Virus record (IMG/VR): IMGVR_UViG_2675903202_000003
Span: 1 to 64,000 of that record
Direction: 5' to 3' (one strand)
DNA: 64,000 nucleotides
From: an uncultured virus (IMG/VR IMGVR_UViG_2675903202_000003)
Lineage: Duplodnaviria; Heunggongvirae; Uroviricota; Caudoviricetes
Position 1 is the first letter of the stretch. Every line of letters begins with the position of its first letter. The notes below the pieces were generated by a model. The model searched no databases, was not told where the DNA came from, and saw only the letters and a list, made by a program, of their open reading frames with translations. Made by a program: the position numbers and the translations under genes. This document shows, piece after piece, positions 8,693 to 18,599 of this stretch.

Positions 8693-10052
8693 AGATCTAC
8701 TGGAAGCGCGAGGACGCCAGCGTGGTGTCCTCCGTCGAGGAGCAGACCGAGCAGGCCGCTGCCCTCGCCCGCATCGGCGGGCAGGAATTGCTCATCGACC
8801 CCCGCACCAACCCGGCCGTCCGGTCGTTCGCCACCGAGCTGCGCGACAGCCGACACCGGAAGATCCTCAAGGCCGACGACCGCCGAGACCTCCGCAAGAT
8901 CCGCGTTGAGGAGAACCGCGCCGAACACGCTGAGAAGGCCCTCGAGTCGCTGCAGCAGGCGCGCGAGGCGTCGTCGCCGGCCAAGTCAGTTCGGGCCCTC
9001 TACGCGAGCCGGACCCGCTACATGCACGTGTCCCTCGCGACGTCGATCGTGCTGGCGTTCGGGTCCGCCCGCGGCCTCGAGCACCTCACCACCAAGTACG
9101 AGAGCATTCCCGCAGGGTCCGGATACATCGCGGAGGTTGGGCTCACTGGCCTCGCCACGATCGTGATCCTGGCCAAGTCGGAGCTCTCCCAGCATGGCGG
9201 GAAGATCAAGCGCTGGCAGGACGTGGCGCTGTGGTCGTTGATGGTCGCGCCGCTGGTGGCGTCCATGGTCGCGAACGTTCACGGCGGGAACATCATCGGT
9301 GCCACTTGTGCCGCGGGGGCGGCGGCGTTCGCGTTCTTCTCCTACATCGTCGCGGACACGTTCGCGCGTCCGCGCGGCAGCAGGCCAGCATGGTCACCGG
9401 CGACGACGAGAGCGACCTCCGAAAGATCGCGAGCGGCGAGGACCTGTTCTCAGCCCCGGCCGCCGAGGTGCCCACCAAGAGCTTCTCGGCTGGGTCAACT
9501 GGTGAGCAGACGCCAATGTCCAGCTCCAGTGGCCACCAGGTGGACACCGCAATGACCACCCCGGTAGGGGAGCTCACCCCGAGTGTCCATCCGACTGAGC
9601 CCACGTCCGTCGCCACCCCTGGGCCCACCCCGATGGCCACTCTCGTCACCACCGCTGGGCCCACCCCCCTGAGCCTCCAGAAGCCCACGCCTGTGTCCAC
9701 GGGTGACCACATCGACAGTGGCCACCGTGAGTCCACGGGGAAGCCGATGCCCATCCCGGCTCCGGCTGCTGAGCACAAGGTTGAGCCCACCGGTGAGCCC
9801 AGCCCCGTGGTCACCACCGATCCCGCCACCAGCCAGCCGAACACGAACACGGGCGGCAAGGCCAAGCGCCGCACCCGCGACCAGATCCGCACCGAACTGC
9901 AGAAGGCCCTCAAGGAGCACTACGACAACGGCGGCGGCGAGCCCCAGGTGAAGCCCCTCGCGGAGGCGATCCGCGTGAACCGTCGGATCGTCCGGGAGCT
10001 CCTCGACGAGATGAACGTTCGTCCCATGGTCCGCAAGGCGGTGGGGCAGTGA
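8689..10052 (+). CDS. Spd-like membrane protein (coiled coil, ~4 TM, Thr/Pro linker, C-terminal HTH); frameshift near 9366
   Basis: Architecture resembles actinomycete plasmid spread proteins (SpdB2-like); located upstream of TraB-like gene. Confidence 0.6.
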
Positions 10053-10402
10053 CCACCCGAGAGTCCACTCGTAAGCCCACTCATGGGCACGGCGTCAAGG
10101 GCCAGGGGCGTGACCACGCCGGTGAGCCCACCAGTGGACACACGCTTAAGTCCACCGATGGTCACGGCACTGGCCACGCCCGGATGAACACCGATGAGCC
10201 CACCGGCGTGGACATGGCCACCACGGCCGGATGGCGGTTCGGCGGCAAGTGGGCACTCGCGGGGGTGGCCACGACCGTACTGGCCATCGAAGTGTTCACC
10301 GTCCAGAAGGTCCTCTACGCGACCGGGTGCGCCCTGGTCCTCGCCTACGCGGCCGGCGTCGCGGTGGGCTGGCGGATGAGGAGGCACGGCAATGGCCGGT
10401 AA
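10049..10402 (+). CDS. membrane protein (transfer/spread operon)
   Basis: Two C-terminal TM helices; coupled ORF. Confidence 0.6.
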   Translation: MTTRESTRKPTHGHGVKGQGRDHAGEPTSGHTLKSTDGHGTGHARMNTDEPTGVDMATTAGWRFGGKWALAGVATTVLAIEVFTVQKVLYATGCALVLAYAAGVAVGWRMRRHGNGR

Positions 10403-10637
10403 GCGCCGCGGGACGAGCACCCCGCTCGTCCGGACCGCCCGGCCGGAGCGGCGCCGCGCCGCACTGAACATCCGCCTCGCCCAGGCCCACGACCCCAAGC
10501 AGCGGGTCGCGCTCGCCGCCGAGTACCTGCGGTCCGCGCTCGCGATCCACCCCGACCACACCACCGCCGAGACCGCCGTCACCCACCTCATCGAGACGGC
10601 CGACCGGCTCTTCCGCGGAAAGGAGCAGCAGCAGTGA
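10392..10637 (+). CDS. hypothetical protein
   Basis: Coupled ORF. Confidence 0.65.
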   Translation: MAGKRRGTSTPLVRTARPERRRAALNIRLAQAHDPKQRVALAAEYLRSALAIHPDHTTAETAVTHLIETADRLFRGKEQQQ

Positions 10638-11137
10638 CGGCCACTCACGGTCACCCGCGCGACCCGCGCACGTACGGGGGAGCGGATGCAGTGCACAGTG
10701 CAGTGCACAGTCCGGCTGACTCGACCGACCCGGGAGTCAACGCGCGCCCCCGCGGGCGCCCGCGCGAGGATAGCGACGAGAGTGCACAGTCGCAACCCCC
10801 GAGTGCACCCGACTTCGAGAAGGCCAACGACGCCCCCGAGGTCACGAAGGGTGACGGGATCCGGGGGATCGCCGCCGGGTTCTCCCCGCCCGACATCTGG
10901 TCCACCGACCGGCCCGCGCTCCGCGACGTGTGGGCGTACGCGGCCCGCGGCGACTGGACCCGCGACGGCGGTGCACCCCGGCGGGTCGGGCAGGCGTACG
11001 CGCTCCTCATCGCACTCCCCGTCGTCGGCCTCGCCTACGGGGTCGCGTGGGCTGCCGAACGCGGCACCCGCCTGATCGCGCTCATCGTCCTCATCGTTCT
11101 CCTCGCCCAGGTCCCACCACTGGCCTGGGTCCTCTAA
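10634..11137 (+). CDS. membrane protein (transfer/spread operon)
   Basis: Two C-terminal TM helices; N-terminal GTGCAC DNA repeats. Confidence 0.65.
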   Translation: MTATHGHPRDPRTYGGADAVHSAVHSPADSTDPGVNARPRGRPREDSDESAQSQPPSAPDFEKANDAPEVTKGDGIRGIAAGFSPPDIWSTDRPALRDVWAYAARGDWTRDGGAPRRVGQAYALLIALPVVGLAYGVAWAAERGTRLIALIVLIVLLAQVPPLAWVL

Positions 11138-11154
11138 CCCGAAAGGAAATCCTC

Positions 11155-11598
11155 ATGGGATGGCTCGTTCTCCTCCCCACCGCCGCCGTCTGGTTCGTCG
11201 TGTCCAAGCGGGTCCGGCTCCGCCGCGGCGCCGCCGCCGTCTCGGTCGCGGTGATGCTCCTCGCCGCGATCGCCGGCTGCGGGTTCGCGTACACGTTCGC
11301 GGGCCGGTGGTTCGCCGCGGTCGTCGACTGGGTCGGGCAGATCCTCGCCAACATCACCGGCGAAGCCGCGATCGCGTCCGGCATCGCGATCGCCTTCACG
11401 CTCCTGCTGCTGCTGACCGCGATCGCAGACATCGCGTGCGACCGCCGCGCCGACCGCGCCGCGCAGGTGTCGGCGTTCCTGATGCCGGTGATGCTCGCGC
11501 TCGTCGTCGGCGGATCCCTGGGCGCCAGCGGCGGCGGCGCCGTCCAGTCCGTCACCAACCAGGTGTCGAGCTTCGTCGGGCAGATGGGTGGCGCCTGA
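11155..11598 (+). CDS. multi-TM membrane protein
   Basis: GAAAGGA RBS; four hydrophobic segments. Confidence 0.7.
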   Translation: MGWLVLLPTAAVWFVVSKRVRLRRGAAAVSVAVMLLAAIAGCGFAYTFAGRWFAAVVDWVGQILANITGEAAIASGIAIAFTLLLLLTAIADIACDRRADRAAQVSAFLMPVMLALVVGGSLGASGGGAVQSVTNQVSSFVGQMGGA

Positions 11599-12665
11599 TG
11601 GATCCGCTGACCGCGATCCTCTTCAGCCTGTGGATTGCGGGTTACTTCACCCGCAACGTCACCGAAGACCTCGTGTTCAAGTCCCGGGGGCAGGACCCGC
11701 CGAGCTTCCGCCGCCAGCAGCAGCGGTGGGAACGGCAGAAGGAGCGCCGTGACCGCGGCCCGGGCCCGGCCCGCAAGTTCGCCGGGAACGCGTGGGCGGA
11801 CGCGTGGGCGCGGGCGGACGAGCGCCGCTCCCGCCGGACAGAGAAGGCCGCTGGCCGACGGCGGGCCGCCGACGTCGAGAAGGACGTCGCCGCCGCCGAG
11901 GACGAGGCGTACGCACTGAACGAGCGCCTCAACGCCGCAGAGAAGAAGTCCGCCCCAGTGCCGCCGCCCCAGACGCCGTCCGCGCCGCGCCCCGCACCGG
12001 CGCGGCTCGCGCTGCCATGCTTCTTCTGCGGGCACGTAAAGAGCCTGGACGAACTCCGGGCCGTCGAAGACGGATCGCGCCTAGTTCGCGCATGCCTGGC
12101 CTGCCGACCGGCGGACACCGCGCAGAAGCCGCAGCCACAGTCTGCGCCGCGGCCCGTACCAGCCAGCCCGAGCGCGCCCCCGTCTCAGCCCGCACCGCAG
12201 CCCGCACCGCAGCCCGCACCTGCCGCCCCGAACGCGCCCGCACCGCAACCTGCGCCCTCTCCGGACGGGGCCCCCGCTCCCGCCGCCCCATCTCCCGCGC
12301 CTGCCACGCAAGGCGCGGACGTCATCCAGTTCGCCGACTGGCAGCAACGCGCTGCCGAACCCAGCAAGGAGAAGAACATGTCCGCAGAGATCACCGGCCT
12401 CCGCTCCGCCATCGCGTTCGCGAACGGCTCCGCCTCCGCCGCCGACGCAGCCGCCACCCAGGTCGAACTCGCGATCGCCGGGCTGCAGACCGGCGGCACC
12501 TCCGGCGCCTCCATCGCGGCGCTGCAGGCCGCGATGGAAGGCCACCACACCACCGCCGCCCACTACCGGAGCGCCGCCGTGACCCTGACGCAGCAGCTGC
12601 AGGTCGCCGAGGCGTACGAGGCCAACCGCGGCGCCGGCACCCGCGAGTTCGTCACCAGCGACTGA
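11598..12665 (+). CDS. TraA-like protein (TM, coiled coil, Zn finger, Pro-rich linker, helical C-terminus)
   Basis: Directly upstream of FtsK/TraB; CFFC...CLAC; internal RBS+ATG at 12378. Confidence 0.6.
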   Translation: MDPLTAILFSLWIAGYFTRNVTEDLVFKSRGQDPPSFRRQQQRWERQKERRDRGPGPARKFAGNAWADAWARADERRSRRTEKAAGRRRAADVEKDVAAAEDEAYALNERLNAAEKKSAPVPPPQTPSAPRPAPARLALPCFFCGHVKSLDELRAVEDGSRLVRACLACRPADTAQKPQPQSAPRPVPASPSAPPSQPAPQPAPQPAPAAPNAPAPQPAPSPDGAPAPAAPSPAPATQGADVIQFADWQQRAAEPSKEKNMSAEITGLRSAIAFANGSASAADAAATQVELAIAGLQTGGTSGASIAALQAAMEGHHTTAAHYRSAAVTLTQQLQVAEAYEANRGAGTREFVTSD

Positions 12666-12766
12666 CCGGCGCTGACGTCGCGTCCGAGCGGCCCGACCAC
12701 CGGGTCGGGCCGTTCCACGGGACGCCAGCCCCTCCCCATCACGCACACGAGAGAAGAGCAGGCCCC

Positions 12767-14854
12767 ATGACCGCCACCATCATCGGCGACGACGCCGCAA
12801 CCGACCGGTACACCGCCATCCCCATCGAGCGGCCGACCGAAGCCAGCGGCACGGAGGCGCCGCGGTCCTCGCGCTGGGACGTCGAAGGCACCATCGCCCG
12901 GACCCGAACCGACGTCTACGACACCGCCGTGCGTCTCCGCGCCCAGATCGGCCCGCACGCCGCCGTTGGCGCCACCGTCGGTGCCGGACTCGCGCTCGAC
13001 GCGATCGTCGCGACCGGCGGGCTGACGCCCGGCAGCGCCGCGATGATGGCCGCTGCCGCGTCAGCCGCCACGGTCGGCGCCATCGTGGCACGGGCTCGAC
13101 GCCGCGGGTCGGAGTGGGTGCAGCGGATGCTGATCGGCGGAGCCGGGGCGGGGCTCTGGCTGACGGCCGCACCGTACGGGGTCGGGCTCGGAGACGCCGC
13201 AATGCTGGTCGCAGGGGAGTATGCGCTCGCTGCCCGCTGGTGGCAGGCCAACCGGCCCGGTTACCCCGACGCCGATTGCGAAGCCGACGACACGACGTTC
13301 CTCCTCGACCCCGAGGACATCCCTGAGCCGCTCACCCCAGTCGAGCAGATCATTTCCGACTGGGACGAATACATCGCCTGCGCCGGCGGCCCACTGCACA
13401 ACTCCCGGCTCATCGCCCCTCAAGAACACGAGCACGGATTCGCGTTCACGCTGCAGCTGTGGCGCGGACGACAGACCCTGGCCACCGCCCTCGCCGCGCT
13501 CGACAAGCTCGCGGGCGGACTCGGGTACGGCGTTGACCAGGTCATCGTGGAGCAGCACCCTGCGTTCAAGTCCACCGCGACGTGCAAGTTCCAGCTCATT
13601 ACCCGGTCGCCGATCTCCGGCGACATCGTGTTCACCGGGCCGCGCCGCCGCGGCGGGCTGCTCGAGCTGGGCCCCTACGCCGACGGATCCGGCGAAGCCG
13701 TCTACCGCCTCTACACCCCCGGCTCCATGTGGTCCGGCGTCGTCATCGGCGGCACCGGCATCGGCAAGAGCCGCGTCGTGGAGAACATCGTCATCTCCGC
13801 GCTGTCCGGCGGCGACACCGAATTCTGGTACCTGGACCCGGCCCGAGGCGGTTCCAGTCCTGCCCTCGCCGACGCCGCCGACTGGTTCGTCACGATGGAC
13901 CAGATCGACGAGTTCCTCGACACCGCCATCGCCGAACTCGACGCACGCGCCGAAGAGAACGCCGTCGAAGGCTGGACCGGGTTCACGCCGTCACCGCAGC
14001 GTCCCGGCCTCCTCATCGCCGTGGAGGAGTGCCACAACCCGTTTGCCGACAACGTCCGCGCGGTCAAGTGGGCGCGCCTCGCCCGGGAGGGACGCAAGCT
14101 CGGGATCGCTCTGCTGTGCGTCTCCCAGTACCCGGGCCTGATCACGTTCGGCAGCAACGAGGCACTCCGGTCGAGCGTGATGGAAGGCAATGCGCTGGTG
14201 CTGCGGTCCACGAGCAACCAGACCGGTGGGCTCATGGCCGGCCTGACCGTGGACCCCAAGACGCTTCCGAAGATCCCCGGTTACGCATACGTGCAGGGGT
14301 CGGAGGAAACCGGCGTCCGCACGGCCCCGTTCCGGAACCGCAACACTGAACCTGCAGGTGGCCCCGGCGCCGCCTACTGGCTCGCGCAGCAGCCGCGGCC
14401 CGGCCTCGACACCCTCATGGTCACCGCCACGCTCGCCGCCGGCACGGCGTATCGGGACCGGCACACCTCTACCGACACTGGCCGGGCTGGGTCCCGCGCC
14501 CGCGTCGAGGCGCTCCGCAACGGCCATGTACCCGCGGACATGCTGCGCGGTGAGCCGGAAGACACCGCCGTCGTACCCCTCGCCGACATCGTCGGGTTCC
14601 CCGAGTTCCGCCTCATCAAGAACGCCCCCGAAACCACCGCTGCGACGCCGTCAGCGGCCCGGCCGGTGGAAGGGCTCACCCCGTCACAGCAGTCCGTCCT
14701 CGACGCCGTCAGCGCCGGTATCGACCGCCCCAGGCTCCTCGAGGAGCGCGTCGGTCTCAAACACCGCCAGATCCAAAACATCCTCCGAGACCTGCTCGAC
14801 GCAGGACTCATCACCAAAGCCGCCGAACACGGCCGCTACCAGCGCGCCGCCTAA
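12767..14854 (+). CDS. traB: FtsK/SpoIIIE-family conjugal DNA translocase (TraB-like)
   Basis: N-terminal TMs, Walker A GGTGIGKS, Walker B LLIAVEE, REGRKLGI..SQ motif, C-terminal winged HTH. Confidence 0.85.
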   Translation: MTATIIGDDAATDRYTAIPIERPTEASGTEAPRSSRWDVEGTIARTRTDVYDTAVRLRAQIGPHAAVGATVGAGLALDAIVATGGLTPGSAAMMAAAASAATVGAIVARARRRGSEWVQRMLIGGAGAGLWLTAAPYGVGLGDAAMLVAGEYALAARWWQANRPGYPDADCEADDTTFLLDPEDIPEPLTPVEQIISDWDEYIACAGGPLHNSRLIAPQEHEHGFAFTLQLWRGRQTLATALAALDKLAGGLGYGVDQVIVEQHPAFKSTATCKFQLITRSPISGDIVFTGPRRRGGLLELGPYADGSGEAVYRLYTPGSMWSGVVIGGTGIGKSRVVENIVISALSGGDTEFWYLDPARGGSSPALADAADWFVTMDQIDEFLDTAIAELDARAEENAVEGWTGFTPSPQRPGLLIAVEECHNPFADNVRAVKWARLAREGRKLGIALLCVSQYPGLITFGSNEALRSSVMEGNALVLRSTSNQTGGLMAGLTVDPKTLPKIPGYAYVQGSEETGVRTAPFRNRNTEPAGGPGAAYWLAQQPRPGLDTLMVTATLAAGTAYRDRHTSTDTGRAGSRARVEALRNGHVPADMLRGEPEDTAVVPLADIVGFPEFRLIKNAPETTAATPSAARPVEGLTPSQQSVLDAVSAGIDRPRLLEERVGLKHRQIQNILRDLLDAGLITKAAEHGRYQRAA

Positions 14855-14870
14855 CCCGAAAGGACCCCTC

Positions 14871-15110
14871 ATGTACGCCTACACCACCACAACCGGCGAC
14901 CAGTGCCCCGGCTGGGACACCTTCGACCGCCTCGTCGCCCAGGCCGCCGTCGGCCTCCCCAACGCCACCGTCGACACCATCGCCGCCGTCCTGCCCGCCG
15001 GGATCTCCTACCACCTCATCGAGACCACCCTGCGGCGCACCGCCACGACCCCGAGCAACGTTCGCCACCTGCCCCGCACCCACCACCTCGGCCACCAGGC
15101 CGCGGCCTAA
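14871..15110 (+). CDS. hypothetical protein
   Basis: GAAAGGA RBS + ATG. Confidence 0.6.
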   Translation: MYAYTTTTGDQCPGWDTFDRLVAQAAVGLPNATVDTIAAVLPAGISYHLIETTLRRTATTPSNVRHLPRTHHLGHQAAA

Positions 15111-15132
15111 CCCCACGGAAGGGGACCACGCA

Positions 15133-15348
15133 GTGCAGATCGAGATCGAGTTCCGCCCCGAAAAGGGCACGACGCAAACCCTGTACGCCGACCTGTCCCG
15201 CGAGGAAGTCGAAGCGATCGAAGCGGCCATCGCCAGCCGCGACGCCTCCGACACCATCCTCCAGATCAACTCGCGGACCAAGCGCAACGGCCCGCCCCAT
15301 CGGTGGACGTTCCGCGCCGACCGCATCGACATCAAGCGGGTGCGGTGA
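15133..15348 (+). CDS. hypothetical protein
   Basis: RBS; coupled to Nudix gene. Confidence 0.65.
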   Translation: MQIEIEFRPEKGTTQTLYADLSREEVEAIEAAIASRDASDTILQINSRTKRNGPPHRWTFRADRIDIKRVR

Positions 15349-15821
15349 TGGGAGACCCCTGCAACCACGCCGTCGTCGGTGTCCTCGCCATCTGGAACGG
15401 CCACTACCTCACCGGCCTGCGGGCCAAGACCCCCATCGCGGTCGCCCCTTGCGCCGGGCACGTCGACGAACTCCGCACCCGCATCCCCACCGGCTCCCGC
15501 ACCGAGGAACCCCTCTTCCGCGACGCCGCCGTCCGCGAACTCGAAGAGGAAACCGGCCTGCGGGTCCGGCCCCGCGACCTCAAGCTCGTCCTGAACCGGA
15601 TCGGCGGCGACCGCTGCCACCGCAAGGCCGGTTCGGTCGACGGCGACAACTGGCACCACTGGCTGCTGTTCACCGTCGAGTTCTCCGGCCGGACACCCCC
15701 GACCGTCCGGTCCAACGGGGAGCTCACCGACCTGACCTGGCGCACCGCCCAGCAACTCGCCGCCGTCCCCAACCTCGAGCTGATCTGGCAGGACTTCCTC
15801 CGTCAGCTCCACATCATCTGA
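15348..15821 (+). CDS. Nudix hydrolase
   Basis: AGHVD...DAAVRELEEETGL Nudix box with insertion. Confidence 0.85.
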   Translation: MGDPCNHAVVGVLAIWNGHYLTGLRAKTPIAVAPCAGHVDELRTRIPTGSRTEEPLFRDAAVRELEEETGLRVRPRDLKLVLNRIGGDRCHRKAGSVDGDNWHHWLLFTVEFSGRTPPTVRSNGELTDLTWRTAQQLAAVPNLELIWQDFLRQLHII

Positions 15822-15884
15822 ACGGTACCGGGCGGGCGCCCGGCCACGAGTCGAGCGCCCGCCCGGCCCAAGGAAGGCCCACCA

Positions 15885-16037
15885 ATGTCGTCCTGCTCCA
15901 CCTGTGGCGGCACGGGAACGATCGGCGAGTCCCGCCAGCTCCACCCGCTCACCGGCCGCCCCGTCACCAGAACCAAGATCCCCTGCCGCACCTGCTCCGG
16001 AAATGCCCCCAAGGTCAAACGAAAGAAGACGAAATGA
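15885..16037 (+). CDS. small DnaJ-type zinc-finger protein
   Basis: CSTCGGTG...CRTCSG. Confidence 0.55.
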   Translation: MSSCSTCGGTGTIGESRQLHPLTGRPVTRTKIPCRTCSGNAPKVKRKKTK

Positions 16038-16276
16038 GCCAGGACCCGAAGAACCGAATCGTCACCCCGACCACCGACCCCGACCGCTTCACCCCCGAAG
16101 AGAAGCGCACCTTCGACGCCGGCCAGTGCTCCTGGGACGTCGGCGACAGCTACTGGGGGCAGCGCGACACCATGTGCCACCAACCGTCCAAGCCCGGCGC
16201 CTCGTTCGGCAACTGCGCCAAGCACGAAGCGAAGTTGCTGGAGAACCACTGGCCGGACGGGAGCCCCCGCCGATGA
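16034..16276 (+). CDS. hypothetical protein
   Basis: ATGA coupling; C..C..C..H. Confidence 0.6.
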   Translation: MSQDPKNRIVTPTTDPDRFTPEEKRTFDAGQCSWDVGDSYWGQRDTMCHQPSKPGASFGNCAKHEAKLLENHWPDGSPRR

Positions 16277-16680
16277 CCGACGTCAGGACCTACACCAACC
16301 ACAACACCCCACCGTGGGCGACCGTCATCACCAACACGATCACGGCAGGCGACCTGGGTAAGGCCCGGGCACTGTGGCTGTCGGCAGCCGCCGAGGCTGG
16401 AGCCGACCACGCCATCTACGCCGTAGCCGCCGCCGTCGAGCCCGGCCCCGGCCAGATCCTCGTGGGGGAGGCACCGAGGGTGTTCGGGAACCCGCTCCGA
16501 CAGGGGTTCGCGTGGCGGTGCGGCGAATGCCTGGACGTGTTCCGCCGCGGCGGCCCCGACCCCCGTTCCGGAGTCAACTACAAGACGCTGCGCGGCGCCG
16601 GCGCCGCGGCCCGCAAGCACTCCACCGAAGGGCACCCCACGAGCGTGCGAGTGGACGAAGCACCCCGGAGGTCCTCGTGA
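16273..16680 (+). CDS. hypothetical protein with C2H2-like C-terminus
   Basis: WRCGEC...ARKHSTEGH. Confidence 0.6.
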   Translation: MTDVRTYTNHNTPPWATVITNTITAGDLGKARALWLSAAAEAGADHAIYAVAAAVEPGPGQILVGEAPRVFGNPLRQGFAWRCGECLDVFRRGGPDPRSGVNYKTLRGAGAAARKHSTEGHPTSVRVDEAPRRSS

Positions 16681-17120
16681 GCCTCGGACGTTTCGGCGGC
16701 GTGTACGCCGCTCTCCACGCCGGCCACACCGTGGGCGATTACTGGGTTCAAACGGCCCGTTGCGCCCACGTCAAGGGCATGCCTGGGCCCGCCGGGAACC
16801 GTGCCTGCGCGATCCACGTCGCCACCCTTACCGCCACGCAGGTCGCGTTCCTCGCGCTCGCCAGCACCTCCTCGGGGGAGCGTCTCAGTGCCCGCCGCGC
16901 CGCAGCCGGCCTCGCCGTGAACGCCATCTCCCACTACGTCATGGACCGCCGCGACCACGGCGTCCTCCCCATCCTGTGCCGAGCGCTCAGGCGGATCGGC
17001 AAGGACGAATACGCCGAGCTCGGCAAACCGGGCCTCGCGTCCGGCGCCGCCTACCTCGACCAGGCATGGCACATCGGCTGGTGCGCCATCTCAGCCGCCA
17101 TCATCAGTGGAAAGGACTGA
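16677..17120 (+). CDS. DUF3307-like membrane protein
   Basis: GHTVGDYWVQT, SHYVMDRR, LDQAWH. Confidence 0.8.
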   Translation: MSLGRFGGVYAALHAGHTVGDYWVQTARCAHVKGMPGPAGNRACAIHVATLTATQVAFLALASTSSGERLSARRAAAGLAVNAISHYVMDRRDHGVLPILCRALRRIGKDEYAELGKPGLASGAAYLDQAWHIGWCAISAAIISGKD

Positions 17121-17122
17121 AC

Positions 17123-17818
17123 GTGTCCCGGACCTACACGCACCCTGATGTCCTCAGCAAGGGCATCACCGAAGGGTGGGCCGACCCAGAAGACGACCCC
17201 ACCACGCTGGACTGGCCAGCGAGACAAGCCGCCGCAGCAATCCCCTTCGAGGTCGTCGACGGGCGCCCTCTCAACCCGCACCACCCGACCGGCATCCGCT
17301 ACGGCCGCAGCGAACTGGGCCACTGGGGGGAACAGCAAGCCGCCGACGCGCTCGTCGCGGCGTTCGACGAGAACGGTCGCCGCTGGATCGTCCTCATCGA
17401 ACGCCGCGACGAGGTCGAACGCTATGAACTCTGCCGGTGGGCGTTGCCCGGCGGCAAGGTCGACTCGGGCGAAACCGCGCTGGAAGCCGCGGTCCGTGAG
17501 CTGGCCGAGGAAACCGGCCTCGACCTCCGAGGACAGAACATCGAGTGGCACGCCGGGATGCCCCAGTACGTCGACGATCCCCGCGCCTCGGACGAAGCCT
17601 GGATGGTCACCACGCTGTGCATCGCCGACCTCGGCGTCATCCCACGCGGTCAGTTCCCGGCCGTGGCTGGCGGCGACGACGCCGCTCGCGCCGCATGGGT
17701 TCCCGCGGACACCTACGGCGAACTCACCTACCACCTCACCACCGTCTACCGATGCGGCGTGTGGAGTGCACACGTCGACATGCTCGCGCACGCCCTGCGC
17801 AACCCGAACGGAGACTGA
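17123..17818 (+). CDS. Nudix hydrolase, ADP-ribose pyrophosphatase (NUDT9-like)
   Basis: PLNP..TGI..GR..LG.WG...AAD, WALPGGKVDSGETALEAAVRELAEETG, YVDDPRASDEAW, GDDA. Confidence 0.88.
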   Translation: MSRTYTHPDVLSKGITEGWADPEDDPTTLDWPARQAAAAIPFEVVDGRPLNPHHPTGIRYGRSELGHWGEQQAADALVAAFDENGRRWIVLIERRDEVERYELCRWALPGGKVDSGETALEAAVRELAEETGLDLRGQNIEWHAGMPQYVDDPRASDEAWMVTTLCIADLGVIPRGQFPAVAGGDDAARAAWVPADTYGELTYHLTTVYRCGVWSAHVDMLAHALRNPNGD

Positions 17819-17820
17819 CC

Positions 17821-18098
17821 ATGGCCGACCGCCAGTTCCGCATCACCAGCATCGAACTCGACAAGGACGAACACGTCACCGAGATCACCGCCGTGATCCG
17901 CCAGGACGCTATCAGACCATCACGCGTGTCCTCGGCACGGTCACCGGAACGCAGCTGTCGCCGCAGCAGGCCGCCATCGATCTCTCTGTAACGGACGCCA
18001 GACGGCTTCTCGCGGAATGCGACGCCAAGAGCGGACACAAGGGCGCTTCCGACATTCGCGACAGCCTGTCCCGCGTACTCAACTCGGACGGAACCTGA
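17821..18098 (+). CDS. hypothetical protein (frameshift near 17908)
   Basis: MADRQFRITSIEL... continues into YQTITRVLG...DGT*. Confidence 0.5.
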
Positions 18099-18100
18099 CC

Positions 18101-18502
18101 ATGGGCATGTCGACAAGCATCATCGTCCACAACCAGCTCACCGACCAGGACACCGAGAAACTGTTCGCGGTCTGCCGCGAAACGATCGGCGCCCGCCGTC
18201 GGCACCGCTGGCACGAAGGCCCCTCCAACATCATGCGCGGTGCCCGTGAGTACACCATGGTCCAGGACCAGGGTCTGCCGGTGTGGCTCCGCGTCTTCTA
18301 CACCACCCGTGGTGTCCTGCCCAGCCTCGACTCCGAGCAGCCATACCCGGAGCACACTCTCGAGGTCTGGTTCCTCGGCGGCACCGACCACGCCCTTCAC
18401 GAGCGAATCCGTAAGACCATCGGAGACTGGCTCACCGAGCAGGGGTTCACATGGCAGTGGTCCAACGACTACGGCGAGCGGACCTGGCACAGGGGAAGCT
18501 GA
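18101..18502 (+). CDS. hypothetical protein
   Basis: GC3-biased ORF in operon. Confidence 0.65.
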   Translation: MGMSTSIIVHNQLTDQDTEKLFAVCRETIGARRRHRWHEGPSNIMRGAREYTMVQDQGLPVWLRVFYTTRGVLPSLDSEQPYPEHTLEVWFLGGTDHALHERIRKTIGDWLTEQGFTWQWSNDYGERTWHRGS

Positions 18503-18599
18503 GCAGTGTCTGGTGCTGCGTCCGGCGCCGCCTTCTACGGCGGCGCCTCACGGAACACCAGCCCCCACAACAGCCCATTCCTGGAGAGGGAACCGAAGA

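Noticed and set aside
11792-12766. N-terminal 325 aa of the 1020-aa ORF
   Set aside because: Overlaps the real 11598-12665 gene; TraB starts at ATG 12767
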